Virus record (IMG/VR): IMGVR_UViG_2585427945_000001
Length of the DNA stretch: 64,000 nt
DNA from: an uncultured virus (IMG/VR IMGVR_UViG_2585427945_000001)
Taxonomy: Duplodnaviria; Heunggongvirae; Uroviricota; Caudoviricetes
Strand: one strand, 5' to 3'
The notes beneath the pieces were generated by a model. It was not told the origin of the DNA. It worked only from the letters and a program-made list of their open reading frames with translations, and ran no database searches. Below, piece after piece: positions 48,951-57,693 of the stretch (positions are counted from its first letter, which is position 1; the number at the start of each line of letters is the position of its first letter). A program made the translations under genes and the position numbers.

Positions 48951-51900
48951 CAGGTCCACCGTCCTGTCTCTAGATCTGCTGCCACGTTGTTGTCGTGCAC
49001 GACGATTTCCGTCCGCACGATGTCCTCGATCTCTCGGTCCCCGACGAAGACCCTGACGTCCGCCTGGAGCGTCGTCGGACTGGAGCCACCCGCGGACATA
49101 CCGTTCGTCGCGCGGGCGATGGCCATGGAATCGGAGTTCGAGTGGACTCGCGTCGGGGTGAGGAACTCCAGCAGTTCCGGCCCCCGCTCCCCGACCCACG
49201 CCGTCTCACCGAGGCCCGGGAAGCCGCCTGCCGCGTACCCGCCGGGACGGTTGTACGCCTTCGGAAGCGACCCGTACGCGGCCTTCGCGTAGCGCATCGA
49301 GGAGAAGATGTTGGCCAGCGGGTTGGTCGAGACCCCGTACAGCTTGGGTCCGACGCCCTGCATCTGGCCGGCGTAGGCGTCGAAGGTCGGCCGGATGACC
49401 TGCATGAGGCCGACCGACGGGTGGCCCGCCTGCCAGTTGGAGTCCCAGCGGTTGACAACGTTCGGGTCACCGCCGGACTCCTGCTGCATGCGGCGCAGCG
49501 TCAGGTCCGCGTACGACGCCGGGTTGCCCGTCATCTTGAGGGCCTGCTGCACCGTGCCACGCCAGCGGTTGACGCTCTTGCCGCCACCGCCCCCGGCGCT
49601 GCTCAGGTACGGCATGGGGTCCACCGTCTTGCCACCGACTCGCGCCTCCAGGTGGAGGTGAGGGCCGGTGACGTTGCCGGTGGCGCCAACCTGTCCGATG
49701 ACCTCGCCCTGCCGGACGCTCTTGCCGAGCGTGGCAACGAGGGAGGACATGTGGGCGTAGAGGGACGAGAGCCCACCACCGTGCGCGACCGTGGCGTGTA
49801 CACCGTACGGTCCGCTGCTCCCCGTCGATGCCACCTTGCCGTCGGCCACGGCGCGAATCGCGGTACCCACGGCCGCCGGGAAGTCGAGCCCGGTGTGATG
49901 CCCGGAGGACCACATCTTGCCCGCGACGCCGAAGCGAGTGCCGTACGGGGCGTTCACGGGCTTGATCCACTGCCCGCTGCCGCCCCCGTCCCCTCCACTG
50001 AAGACCTCGATCGCCTTGTCCTTCAAGGAGTTCAGCACCTTGCCGGGGATCTTGGCGACGGATTTCGACCACGGGTCCGTCAGATACGGCTTCAACTGGC
50101 CCGCGATGTAGTCCTTCGCCTTGCCGAAGATCGCCGTCGGGTCCATGAAGTCGCCGATGCCGGATATGAAGCTGCCGACGTCGTTCGCCTTGTCCTTGAA
50201 CCAGCCGACGATGCCACCGTTCTTGTAGGCCGGCATACCGCCCGCAATCGCCTTCTGAACGCCGCCGACGCCGCCTGAACGAGCAGCGGCATTCCACGCG
50301 TTGATCCGGTCGGCTCCGATTGCCCGGGTCCACTCGGGACGCATGACAGCCTCACCGCCGCCCACGGCGATGACTCGGTCATCACGGCCCGGGGAGTAGC
50401 CGGACATGATGCCACCCGTGTGGAAGCCCTCAAGGTTCAGCTTCTTCAGCGGGTCGGCGCCTGTGACCTTGGAGACCGCATTCCACAACGGCACGATTCC
50501 GCCGTTGTACACGTGCTCCATAATGAAACGCACAGGCTTCTTGGCGATATCCTCGACCTTGTCCCAGGCCCGTTTGATCGAGTCCTTGGCGTCGTTGAAG
50601 GAATCCGCCACGGCACTAACGGCCTTCTTGATTCCGTCGAATGCCGGCTTCAGGGCCTTGTCGTAAAGCCAAGTCGCCTTGTCCGCGATCCAGCCGAAGA
50701 CTGGAGAAAGCACCTTGTCCCAGAGCCACTTACCGGCGTCGCCCAGCGCCTCGAACTTCTTCTTGGCGTCGTCCATGGCGGGCTTGATGGCCTTGTCGTA
50801 AAGCCATCCTGCCTTGTCGCCGATCCACTGGAAGGCAGGCCGGAGTGCCTTCTCCCACAGCCACGTGGCACCGGCTCCGATGCCACGGAAGGCAGGGCCA
50901 AGTGCCTTGTCCCACAGCCACATCCCGATAGCACCGAGCGCCTTGATAGCGAGCCAGACCGGGAGGAGCAGGAGGGTGATCAGGACTGTGATCAGGATCT
51001 GAGCAGCGTCCGCGATGAAGCTGAAAGCGGGTCGGAGCGCCTTCTCCCACAGCCAGACGGCTGCGGAGCCCACCGCCTGCATCCCCGCCCATATGCCGTC
51101 GAATGCCGGCTTGAGGCCGTTGTCCCAGATCCAGATTGCCGCCGTCTTGATGGCACCTGCGACGGTGTCCACCGCGACGCGGAACCAGTCCCAGTTCTTG
51201 TAAGCGTAGACAACGGCTGCGACGAGAAGGCCGACCACGAGAATGATGGCCCGGATGATGGGGACAATTCCCGTCGCGCTCAATGCCACCGCCCAACCGC
51301 TTGTGGCGATGGTGGCGACAATCATGACCGACTCGTACAGCACCATAGCGCCTGCGAAAGCGGTCATGCCGAGCGCTATAGCCTTCTGGGCGAAATAGAG
51401 CAGCCATAGCGTCTGAATGAACTCTGGGCAGTTCGTCGCCAGCCACGATATGGCACCGAAGAGCGGGCCCAGAACGTCGAACATCGCCGTCGACAACGGG
51501 GAAAGAGCTTTCGCGGTGTCCAATGCGGCGCGCATGATGTCGCCCAGGAACTCCGCCAGACCAGGTGACGTGTCCTTGACGTACGCGAGGAACCGTTCAA
51601 AGTCCGGGGACCCCTTCAGGCTCGCACCCCACTTGGCGAATCGGCCGGTGATGCGGTCGGAATGCCTGACGATCCCTTCCATGTGCGGGAGGAACGCGTC
51701 GATCATCCCCGTAATGCCCTTGAGGACGTTGCCGAACGCCCGGCCGAACCCCTCAACGGCAGGCTGGACGTTGCCTCGCAAATCCTCCTTGAAGGACACC
51801 CAGAAAGGCTCCTTCATTTCCGCCGACGCACTGTCCTGGAGGGACTCGATCCCCTTCGCAGCACCGAGCGCCAGAGGCGTCAGGCCGGGCAATGTGTTCT

Positions 51901-54115
51901 TCGCGCTGTCCACCCCGCGGGTAAACAGGGGGAGCACGTCGGGCTGGAGAGCGAGGGACCATTCCTTGAACGCCTCGGTCAGCCCTCGCGGGCCGGCGAT
52001 GGAGTCGTACAACGCCCGCTGGGGCGGTGTGAGGTCCGCAAGCGCCTTACGGTACTCGTCAGCCTTGGAGATCGCCTGGACCGTGGTGTCGATCGAGGAG
52101 AGCCGGGCGGACTGCACCGAGCGTTCGGCGGACGCGATGGACTCCGCGGCAGACACTTGTGCGTCGGCAGCCGACTGAACGGCGTCAGCGACCCCTCGTT
52201 GGGCGTCGGCCACAGACTGAGCGGACTCCCGCGGGGAGCGGGCCGCCTTCGACTGGGCGTCGGCCACGGCCATGGCGGCTTCCCGGACCGCCCTCTGAGC
52301 GTCGGCCAGGCCCTCGGTCTGGTCCCGCACCCGCCGCTGTGCGTCAGCCAGTCGGTCGGCTGCTGTGGTGACGGCGTCGGACCCCTCCACGCCGGCCTTA
52401 CGCATCTTGCGCGCCTCGGCCTGGAGGTCCGTGTAGCTCTGCTTCTGCTTCTTCTGGCTCTGGATCGCCTGGTCGTAGGCAAGCTGAGCCTTGTCGAAGT
52501 CAGTCTGACTCATCAGACCGGCGTCGTACCGACCCGTCGCCCGCTGGAGTTCCTCGCGGGCCTCGGTCACCCGCAGCGCTGCCTCACGCTGGTTGAGGGC
52601 ACCGTCGGTGAGGCGGTCGTTCAGGTCCTTCAGCGCACGTTCGGCGTCCTTGCGGGCCCGGGTGAGGCCCTCCTCCGCCTCCAGGGCGTTCTGGTTGGCG
52701 TCGGTGAGACCCTCCTGCGCGTTCCGCACCCGACGATGGGAGTCCACGAGGGACTGCTCAGCACGCTTGATGTCCTCGGCCGACTGCTTGCGCTGGTCCG
52801 CTGACCGCTGAACGGCCTGCTGGACGGCCCGCTCTGCGTCGGCCACCTGACGAGAGGCGGATGCGATGGACCGGGCGGCGTTTCGGTGGGCGGTTGCGAG
52901 CGTCGCTTGTGCGCCAGCCATCTGAAGGGCCCGCTGCGCTGCCTGCTGGTTGACCTTCGCGCTGTTGTCGGTGGCAGTCGTCGCCTCCTTCTCAGCGGCG
53001 GTCTTCGCCTGCATCACCTCCATCACATCCATGACGGCCGGGATGGCGACGAGGGCCACTGCACCGATGCCACCTGCGGCTGCCGTCGCCATGGCGGCTA
53101 CGGCACCGAGACCCGCGGCAAGTACGGGCCCGAGGGGGATGGCGGCCAGGACCGCAGCCTGAATCGTCAGGCCCAGCAGGGCACTTGAGGCCCCGGACGT
53201 GTCAGCCAGGGCCTTGATGCGGAAGATCTTGGTGTCGTCCGCCATGGCCTGTAGAGCGGCGAGCTGGGCTGCGGCCCGCTGGGCGTCCACCCGGACGTCG
53301 ATGTCATGCCGCTGCACGCTCAGGATCGCGAGGCGCTCTTGCAGATGGTTGATCTTCGCAAGTGCCTCGGTGGCGCTGATGTCGATCCCGATGCGCTTGT
53401 CCGACAGCTCGGTGAGCTGCGCACGAATGCCCTGGATCTGCGCGCGGGCCGGCGATGTGTCGGCGTCGACGTTGATCTCGGGAAGGGATGCCTGCGCCTC
53501 CTTGACGGCCGCACGCATGCGGGCGCCCAGGGTCCCGTCAGTCTCGAACCGGATGTGGCCGGGCCGAGCAGTCAGGAGCGCGATCTCCTCCCGGATCTCC
53601 GCCAGAGCCGCGCGAGCTGTGGCGGTGTCGGCCCGTACCGCGATGTTCGGATGAGCAGCCCCCAGCCGACGGAGCTGCTCCTCCAGCCGCGTGACCTCCG
53701 CCTCCGCGGCTTCAGCGGATACGTCGATACCCACGCGCTTGTTGGAGAGCTGTTCCAGCTTGGCCCGGATGCGGGCGAGCTGGGCGTCTACACCCTCGTC
53801 GCTGAGCTTGACGTCCAGCTTCGGCATGGCCTTGAAGGCCGCTTCGAGCTTCCTCCGGATGCTGCGCGCGAAGGCGCCACCCGCGTCGTCACCCTGCTTG
53901 CCCGCTACGCGAACACCCACTCGACCACCGTTGACGATGGCGTCGGGGATGGCGATGACGATATTCTTCGATATCGCCTCCCCCATCCGCTTACCGGCGT
54001 CCTCGCCGACCCTGTCCGCGATGGGAAGAACCATCGCCTTCAGCTTGGTGTGGAACTGGGGGATCACGGGGACGACGTCGACCGCCGCACCACCGACGAT
54101 GTCAAGGTCCGGCAC
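48950..54115 (-). CDS. Tape measure protein with M23 peptidase and lytic transglycosylase domains
   Basis: 1721 aa, helical, with Trp-periodic repeats; HTGLDF...YAH...GPHLHLE; QESGG...GLMQVI. Confidence 0.95.
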   Translation of the reverse strand: MPDLDIVGGAAVDVVPVIPQFHTKLKAMVLPIADRVGEDAGKRMGEAISKNIVIAIPDAIVNGGRVGVRVAGKQGDDAGGAFARSIRRKLEAAFKAMPKLDVKLSDEGVDAQLARIRAKLEQLSNKRVGIDVSAEAAEAEVTRLEEQLRRLGAAHPNIAVRADTATARAALAEIREEIALLTARPGHIRFETDGTLGARMRAAVKEAQASLPEINVDADTSPARAQIQGIRAQLTELSDKRIGIDISATEALAKINHLQERLAILSVQRHDIDVRVDAQRAAAQLAALQAMADDTKIFRIKALADTSGASSALLGLTIQAAVLAAIPLGPVLAAGLGAVAAMATAAAGGIGAVALVAIPAVMDVMEVMQAKTAAEKEATTATDNSAKVNQQAAQRALQMAGAQATLATAHRNAARSIASASRQVADAERAVQQAVQRSADQRKQSAEDIKRAEQSLVDSHRRVRNAQEGLTDANQNALEAEEGLTRARKDAERALKDLNDRLTDGALNQREAALRVTEAREELQRATGRYDAGLMSQTDFDKAQLAYDQAIQSQKKQKQSYTDLQAEARKMRKAGVEGSDAVTTAADRLADAQRRVRDQTEGLADAQRAVREAAMAVADAQSKAARSPRESAQSVADAQRGVADAVQSAADAQVSAAESIASAERSVQSARLSSIDTTVQAISKADEYRKALADLTPPQRALYDSIAGPRGLTEAFKEWSLALQPDVLPLFTRGVDSAKNTLPGLTPLALGAAKGIESLQDSASAEMKEPFWVSFKEDLRGNVQPAVEGFGRAFGNVLKGITGMIDAFLPHMEGIVRHSDRITGRFAKWGASLKGSPDFERFLAYVKDTSPGLAEFLGDIMRAALDTAKALSPLSTAMFDVLGPLFGAISWLATNCPEFIQTLWLLYFAQKAIALGMTAFAGAMVLYESVMIVATIATSGWAVALSATGIVPIIRAIILVVGLLVAAVVYAYKNWDWFRVAVDTVAGAIKTAAIWIWDNGLKPAFDGIWAGMQAVGSAAVWLWEKALRPAFSFIADAAQILITVLITLLLLPVWLAIKALGAIGMWLWDKALGPAFRGIGAGATWLWEKALRPAFQWIGDKAGWLYDKAIKPAMDDAKKKFEALGDAGKWLWDKVLSPVFGWIADKATWLYDKALKPAFDGIKKAVSAVADSFNDAKDSIKRAWDKVEDIAKKPVRFIMEHVYNGGIVPLWNAVSKVTGADPLKKLNLEGFHTGGIMSGYSPGRDDRVIAVGGGEAVMRPEWTRAIGADRINAWNAAARSGGVGGVQKAIAGGMPAYKNGGIVGWFKDKANDVGSFISGIGDFMDPTAIFGKAKDYIAGQLKPYLTDPWSKSVAKIPGKVLNSLKDKAIEVFSGGDGGGSGQWIKPVNAPYGTRFGVAGKMWSSGHHTGLDFPAAVGTAIRAVADGKVASTGSSGPYGVHATVAHGGGLSSLYAHMSSLVATLGKSVRQGEVIGQVGATGNVTGPHLHLEARVGGKTVDPMPYLSSAGGGGGKSVNRWRGTVQQALKMTGNPASYADLTLRRMQQESGGDPNVVNRWDSNWQAGHPSVGLMQVIRPTFDAYAGQMQGVGPKLYGVSTNPLANIFSSMRYAKAAYGSLPKAYNRPGGYAAGGFPGLGETAWVGERGPELLEFLTPTRVHSNSDSMAIARATNGMSAGGSSPTTLQADVRVFVGDREIEDIVRTEIVVHDNNVAADLETGRWT

Positions 54116-54573
54116 TACGCCTCCTTTGGCTGGTTCCGCAGACGCGGGTCAAGCGCGCGGCGCTGGTCGTCCGTCATCCCCTTCCGGGGCGTGACGTTGG
54201 GGGGGATTCCGGGGCGTGACGTCGGCGTGAATTCGGGAGGCTTACCGCCGGCGGCTGCGATGGCCACGGAGCGGCTGAGTACGATCTCGTCCCGCAGCTC
54301 CGCGAGGAAGATCTCGACACGGCTCCACGGAGCCAGGTCGGGGCGGTACTCGGTACGAGCCCGCTCCATCTGCTCCGGCGTCACCGCGTTACGCATCTCC
54401 GTCTTCGTCGACGACTCCTGCGGGAGCTTCTCGATCCAGATGCGGAGGGTGCGGAGGGAGACACCCCCGCGGTACACGTCCAGGAGCCTGGCTCCGGGGT
54501 AGTACCGCGGGATGTCAGCCTCTAGCGCTTCCGCGTGCTCTTCGAGGACTTGGCACGTCCAGAGGACTTTCCC
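54115..54573 (-). CDS. Tail assembly chaperone, -1 frameshift extension (gpGT-like)
   Basis: Open -1 frame KVLWTCQVLEEHAEALEADIPRYYPG... starting from the slippery site. Confidence 0.85.
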   Translation of the reverse strand, partial: GKVLWTCQVLEEHAEALEADIPRYYPGARLLDVYRGGVSLRTLRIWIEKLPQESSTKTEMRNAVTPEQMERARTEYRPDLAPWSRVEIFLAELRDEIVLSRSVAIAAAGGKPPEFTPTSRPGIPPNVTPRKGMTDDQRRALDPRLRNQPKEA

Positions 54574-54842
54574 GGGGCCTCCCCGGTGGACTCCATGGCG
54601 GCCGACGTGAAGTCGTTGATCTCGTCGAAGGTCGGGTCCAGGTCGATGAACGACTGGACGTCGTCCTCATGCAGGACGCCAGCCGCCCACGCGTCGTAGT
54701 CGCCGTTCCGGAGAGCACGGAGGTACGAGGGCCGCCACTTGTTGCCGGGCTTGATCCGCAGCTCAGCGCCACAGAGCGTCGCCGTGCCGTACTCCTCGTT
54801 CGCCTCGTTCTCCTGGGCGTCGGCAGGGGTGATGTCAGTCAT
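54522..54842 (-). CDS. Tail assembly chaperone (gpG-like)
   Basis: Between the major tail and tape measure genes; ends ...GEAPGK. Confidence 0.88.
   Translation of the reverse strand: MTDITPADAQENEANEEYGTATLCGAELRIKPGNKWRPSYLRALRNGDYDAWAAGVLHEDDVQSFIDLDPTFDEINDFTSAAMESTGEAPGKSSGRAKSSKSTRKR
54567..54573 (-). other. -1 slippery site G GGA AAG
   Basis: Same heptamer as lambda G/GT, in the correct phase. Confidence 0.88.
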
Positions 54843-54943
54843 GGGCGCGGGTCTCCTATGTCAGGGGGTAGCTCTGCGCGGGTCTACGTGCAGGGTGAAG
54901 CGACGCCCCGGACCCGCGCGGAACGGGGCGTCGCTGGTCAGTA

Positions 54944-55002
54944 GGTGCGGCCTAGCCCAGGTCGAGGGCCACGGTTCCCGGCGACACCGTCAGGGAGAAG
55001 GG
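54944..55002 (-). other. Putative -1 frameshift cassette on the major tail gene, encoding an Ig donor strand
   Basis: C CCT TCT CCC TGA followed by a hairpin; -1 frame reads ...SLTVSPGTVALDLG*. Confidence 0.7.
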
Positions 55003-55598
55003 GTGTCACCCTCCGCCTCGAAGAAGCCCGAAACGTCTACGCCGCCGTAGTCGATCGAGCGCCTCACAGCACTGGAGTTACCGGCACCCTTGTAGAACTT
55101 GAACGTCATCTGCACGTTCATGACGTCACTCGTCTGCGGCTGTTCGTCGCCACGCTCGACGACCTTCCCGTTCGGCATGTAGAGCCGCATCCGCTTGTCA
55201 CCGTCCAGGGTGTCGAAGACGAATGCGTACCGAAGGTCAGCCGGCTTGTCGGGGAGGGAGTACGTCACGATGTCCTCGGTGGGCTCCAGGGAGGCCACGG
55301 GCACGTTGTCGTACAGGGCCCGGACAAGCGGGGACAGGCCCTCCAGGAAGGTGACCTGCGTGCTCTTGACGCTCTTCGTCATGAGCGTGCGGATGGGCTC
55401 CAGAGAACCTGCCGCATCGACGTCCTTGGACTCCTCCTCAATCTTGAAGAGGCCGCCGTCGGTCGTCACCCAACCCATGTTCATCCACGGGGTGGCCGGG
55501 TCGGCGAAGTCGACCGGCATCACGGTGTTGATCGGCGCCGCGTACACGAGATAGTCACTTGCGCCGAACGTCAGATCGGCATTGCGGGTGTCCGCCAT
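54990..55598 (-). CDS. Major tail (tube) protein
   Basis: W.NMGWVTTDG motif; upstream of the tail assembly chaperones. Confidence 0.9.
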   Translation of the reverse strand: MADTRNADLTFGASDYLVYAAPINTVMPVDFADPATPWMNMGWVTTDGGLFKIEEESKDVDAAGSLEPIRTLMTKSVKSTQVTFLEGLSPLVRALYDNVPVASLEPTEDIVTYSLPDKPADLRYAFVFDTLDGDKRMRLYMPNGKVVERGDEQPQTSDVMNVQMTFKFYKGAGNSSAVRRSIDYGGVDVSGFFEAEGDTPSP

Positions 55599-55661
55599 GA
55601 ATGCCTCCAGGGCATGCGTAGGGGCTCCGTGAGTCGACTCACGGAGCTAGGTAGTCGGGGG

Positions 55662-56033
55662 TTACGCGGCCCGGAGGCTCACGGTGTACGTGGCGCCACG
55701 TCGGTGGACTGCCTCGTTGGCCCAGGGCTGGCGCGTGGGGCCGGACATGCAGCGGACGGAGCGGATGACGGCGCCGGGAACCGGGCCTGTGAGGAAGACG
55801 AGCGCCTCGCGTACCTCGTTAGCCAGGCTTCGCGCCTCATCCGCCGTGGCTGCGAACACGTCGACGGCCACGGCGGGGGTCTGCCCGAAGCGACCGTCCG
55901 CGCCGGCGACGCGCTCCACGCGGATCATGGGGAGTGCGTCCTCCAGGTCCGCAGGGGTCTCGGCCGCGCAGAAGACGCCGAAGCGGCCCTCCAGCCACGG
56001 GGCGAGGACGGCCTCCACGTCAGCCATTGGCAT
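55662..56033 (-). CDS. Tail terminator-like protein
   Basis: LPMIRVERVAG...VAVDVFA; position before the major tail gene. Confidence 0.78.
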   Translation of the reverse strand: MPMADVEAVLAPWLEGRFGVFCAAETPADLEDALPMIRVERVAGADGRFGQTPAVAVDVFAATADEARSLANEVREALVFLTGPVPGAVIRSVRCMSGPTRQPWANEAVHRRGATYTVSLRAA

Positions 56034-56382
56034 GCTCCGCCAGGGCCGCCATGTACGCCTTGGTCAGCGGGGCGTACCGCGGGATGTTCCAGTTGCCGTA
56101 CTCCACCGCCTTGGCGTGGGGAGCGGTGTTCACCACCATGGCTCCGTGCCGCATCCGGGGCTTACCGCGGAACGGGATGTTTCTGAACACCGGCTCGACG
56201 CTGAAGCTGGCCTTGTACAGGCCGGGGTGCCTGTCCTCGGCAGGGTCGCCCACCGGGGAGAAGCCCTCCGCGGAATGCATGATCCGCACCGCTGCGTCGC
56301 GGCACGGCTTGCCCATCCACGGGCGACTGACCATGCGGCCAAGGCCGCTGTACTTACCGACGTACTTGGAGCGGTACGTCAT
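56020..56382 (-). CDS. Neck protein (HK97 gp10-like)
   Basis: SPVG....GLYKASF...APHAKAVEYG. Confidence 0.78.
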   Translation of the reverse strand: MTYRSKYVGKYSGLGRMVSRPWMGKPCRDAAVRIMHSAEGFSPVGDPAEDRHPGLYKASFSVEPVFRNIPFRGKPRMRHGAMVVNTAPHAKAVEYGNWNIPRYAPLTKAYMAALAEHANG

Positions 56383-56738
56383 CCGGTCACCTCCTTCAAG
56401 GCGGCTTCTACGCGAGCAAGGGACGTCAGGGGAAGGACGAGCGGGCGGCCGATGACCTCCCACGCCTCGGCCCCGTCCTCGCTGACGATGCGGTCCGCTG
56501 GGCGAACGTCGGTGCCTAGAGGAGCAGCGAACACTCTCCGGGTGATCACGGTCTCGCTGGCGTCGTGCTCCTCCGTCGAGGAGCCCACGGTCACGCCGTA
56601 CGGGCTCATCACGGCGCAGTGGTCGACGCGGATGCGGATCTTGGGGCCGGGCACCCAGGACCCCGTAGAGTCCCGGACCCGCTCCCCGGCCCGCTCGATG
56701 TACCACGTCTGCGACAGCACGTTGGCGATGAGGCTCAT
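56379..56738 (-). CDS. Head-tail stopper/adaptor
   Basis: DVRPADRI....WEVIGRP; position after the connector. Confidence 0.75.
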   Translation of the reverse strand: MSLIANVLSQTWYIERAGERVRDSTGSWVPGPKIRIRVDHCAVMSPYGVTVGSSTEEHDASETVITRRVFAAPLGTDVRPADRIVSEDGAEAWEVIGRPLVLPLTSLARVEAALKEVTG

Positions 56739-57112
56739 ACCGGCCGCCACACGGTGACCGGCGGGACGTAGTCCGCGGGGGCGATGTCGAGCATGCCGGC
56801 GCCTGTGGGCATCCCGACTGCACGACGAAGCCGTCGAAGCTCGTCGTCGGAGAGGACGACGCCCGTCTGTGAGTCTGCGTAGGACTGGAGCATGCCGCCC
56901 GCCTGCTCGGTCCTGAGCCCCTGGGGGTTCGTCAGGATCCGAGCGGCGACGGACAGGGCCACCGTCTTGATGCCGCGCTGCGGGGGCTCGGTGATCCGGT
57001 CCCCCACCTCACCGAGGATGGCGTCTTCAGCCAGGTCGTGGGCGAGCTGGGCGCGCTCCTCGGTGAGCGGGGTGCCCAGGAGGGCCCGCAGCTCAGCCAG
57101 GCTGAACAGCAT
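56735..57112 (-). CDS. Head-tail connector
   Basis: VALSVAARILTNPQGLRTEQAG...LSDDEL. Confidence 0.8.
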   Translation of the reverse strand: MLFSLAELRALLGTPLTEERAQLAHDLAEDAILGEVGDRITEPPQRGIKTVALSVAARILTNPQGLRTEQAGGMLQSYADSQTGVVLSDDELRRLRRAVGMPTGAGMLDIAPADYVPPVTVWRPV

Positions 57113-57335
57113 CGCCGCCCCCCGTCTTCCGGCGAGGAGAGGCCCGTTTGACGGGGGCTGCTCTCTTCGCCGGCGGCGCCACGTGTGCCGACTTACGTGG
57201 AGCCGGCGCGATCTCCCACGCCTTCGAGTTGGTGATGAGCGCCTGTGCCCACTCGGGCACATCGTCGCCGGGGCCGAACACATGGGCGCGACCCTGGGCG
57301 TCTGTCAGGTGTACGTTCGTCCGGAGTCGCGCCAT
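57093..57335 (-). CDS. Small head-associated hypothetical protein
   Basis: FGPGDDVPEWA...ITNSKAW with a basic tail. Confidence 0.75.
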   Translation of the reverse strand: MARLRTNVHLTDAQGRAHVFGPGDDVPEWAQALITNSKAWEIAPAPRKSAHVAPPAKRAAPVKRASPRRKTGGGDAVQPG

Positions 57336-57336
57336 G

Positions 57337-57600
57337 TCAGCTCACCGTCAGTTCAGCGGTGGACGGGCTCACGGCGAGCGACTCCGGGTCGTCGGTGACG
57401 GTCACGGTGCACGTTCCGCTCTTACCCTGCGCCGTCGCAGTGATCACGGCAGTACCCGCGGACACCGCTGTCACGAGGCCACCTGCCGAGACCGTGGCCA
57501 CTGCCGGGGTGGCACTGGTCCACGCGGCTGTGCTGGTCACGGTCTGCTTCGCACCGCTGGTCAGGGTAAGTTCCGCGGCGAGCTGCTGGGTCTTAGCCAT
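57337..57600 (-). CDS. Stand-alone Ig-like (Big_2) protein with the first strand moved to the C-terminus
   Basis: Starts at KTQQLAA, ends DDPESLAVSPSTAELTVS; GAGGA RBS. Confidence 0.88.
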   Translation of the reverse strand: MAKTQQLAAELTLTSGAKQTVTSTAAWTSATPAVATVSAGGLVTAVSAGTAVITATAQGKSGTCTVTVTDDPESLAVSPSTAELTVS

Positions 57601-57633
57601 TCATCCTCGTCTGTCGTCGTCGGGTTGGTCACA

Positions 57634-57693
57634 GGTGCCGCCTCAGCCCGTGGTCAGGGCTGCGGTTCCCGGCGACACCGTCAGGAAGAAGGG
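57634..57693 (-). other. Putative -1 frameshift cassette on the major capsid gene, encoding an Ig donor strand
   Basis: C CCT TCT TCC TGA followed by a hairpin; -1 frame reads ...FLTVSPGTAALTTG*. Confidence 0.7.

Noticed and set aside
57629..57683. +1 frameshift at UCC UGA of the capsid gene
   Set aside because: The +1 frame (DGVAGNRSPDHGLRRHL) has no recognisable motif; only the -1 frame matches the Ig strand in both cassettes.
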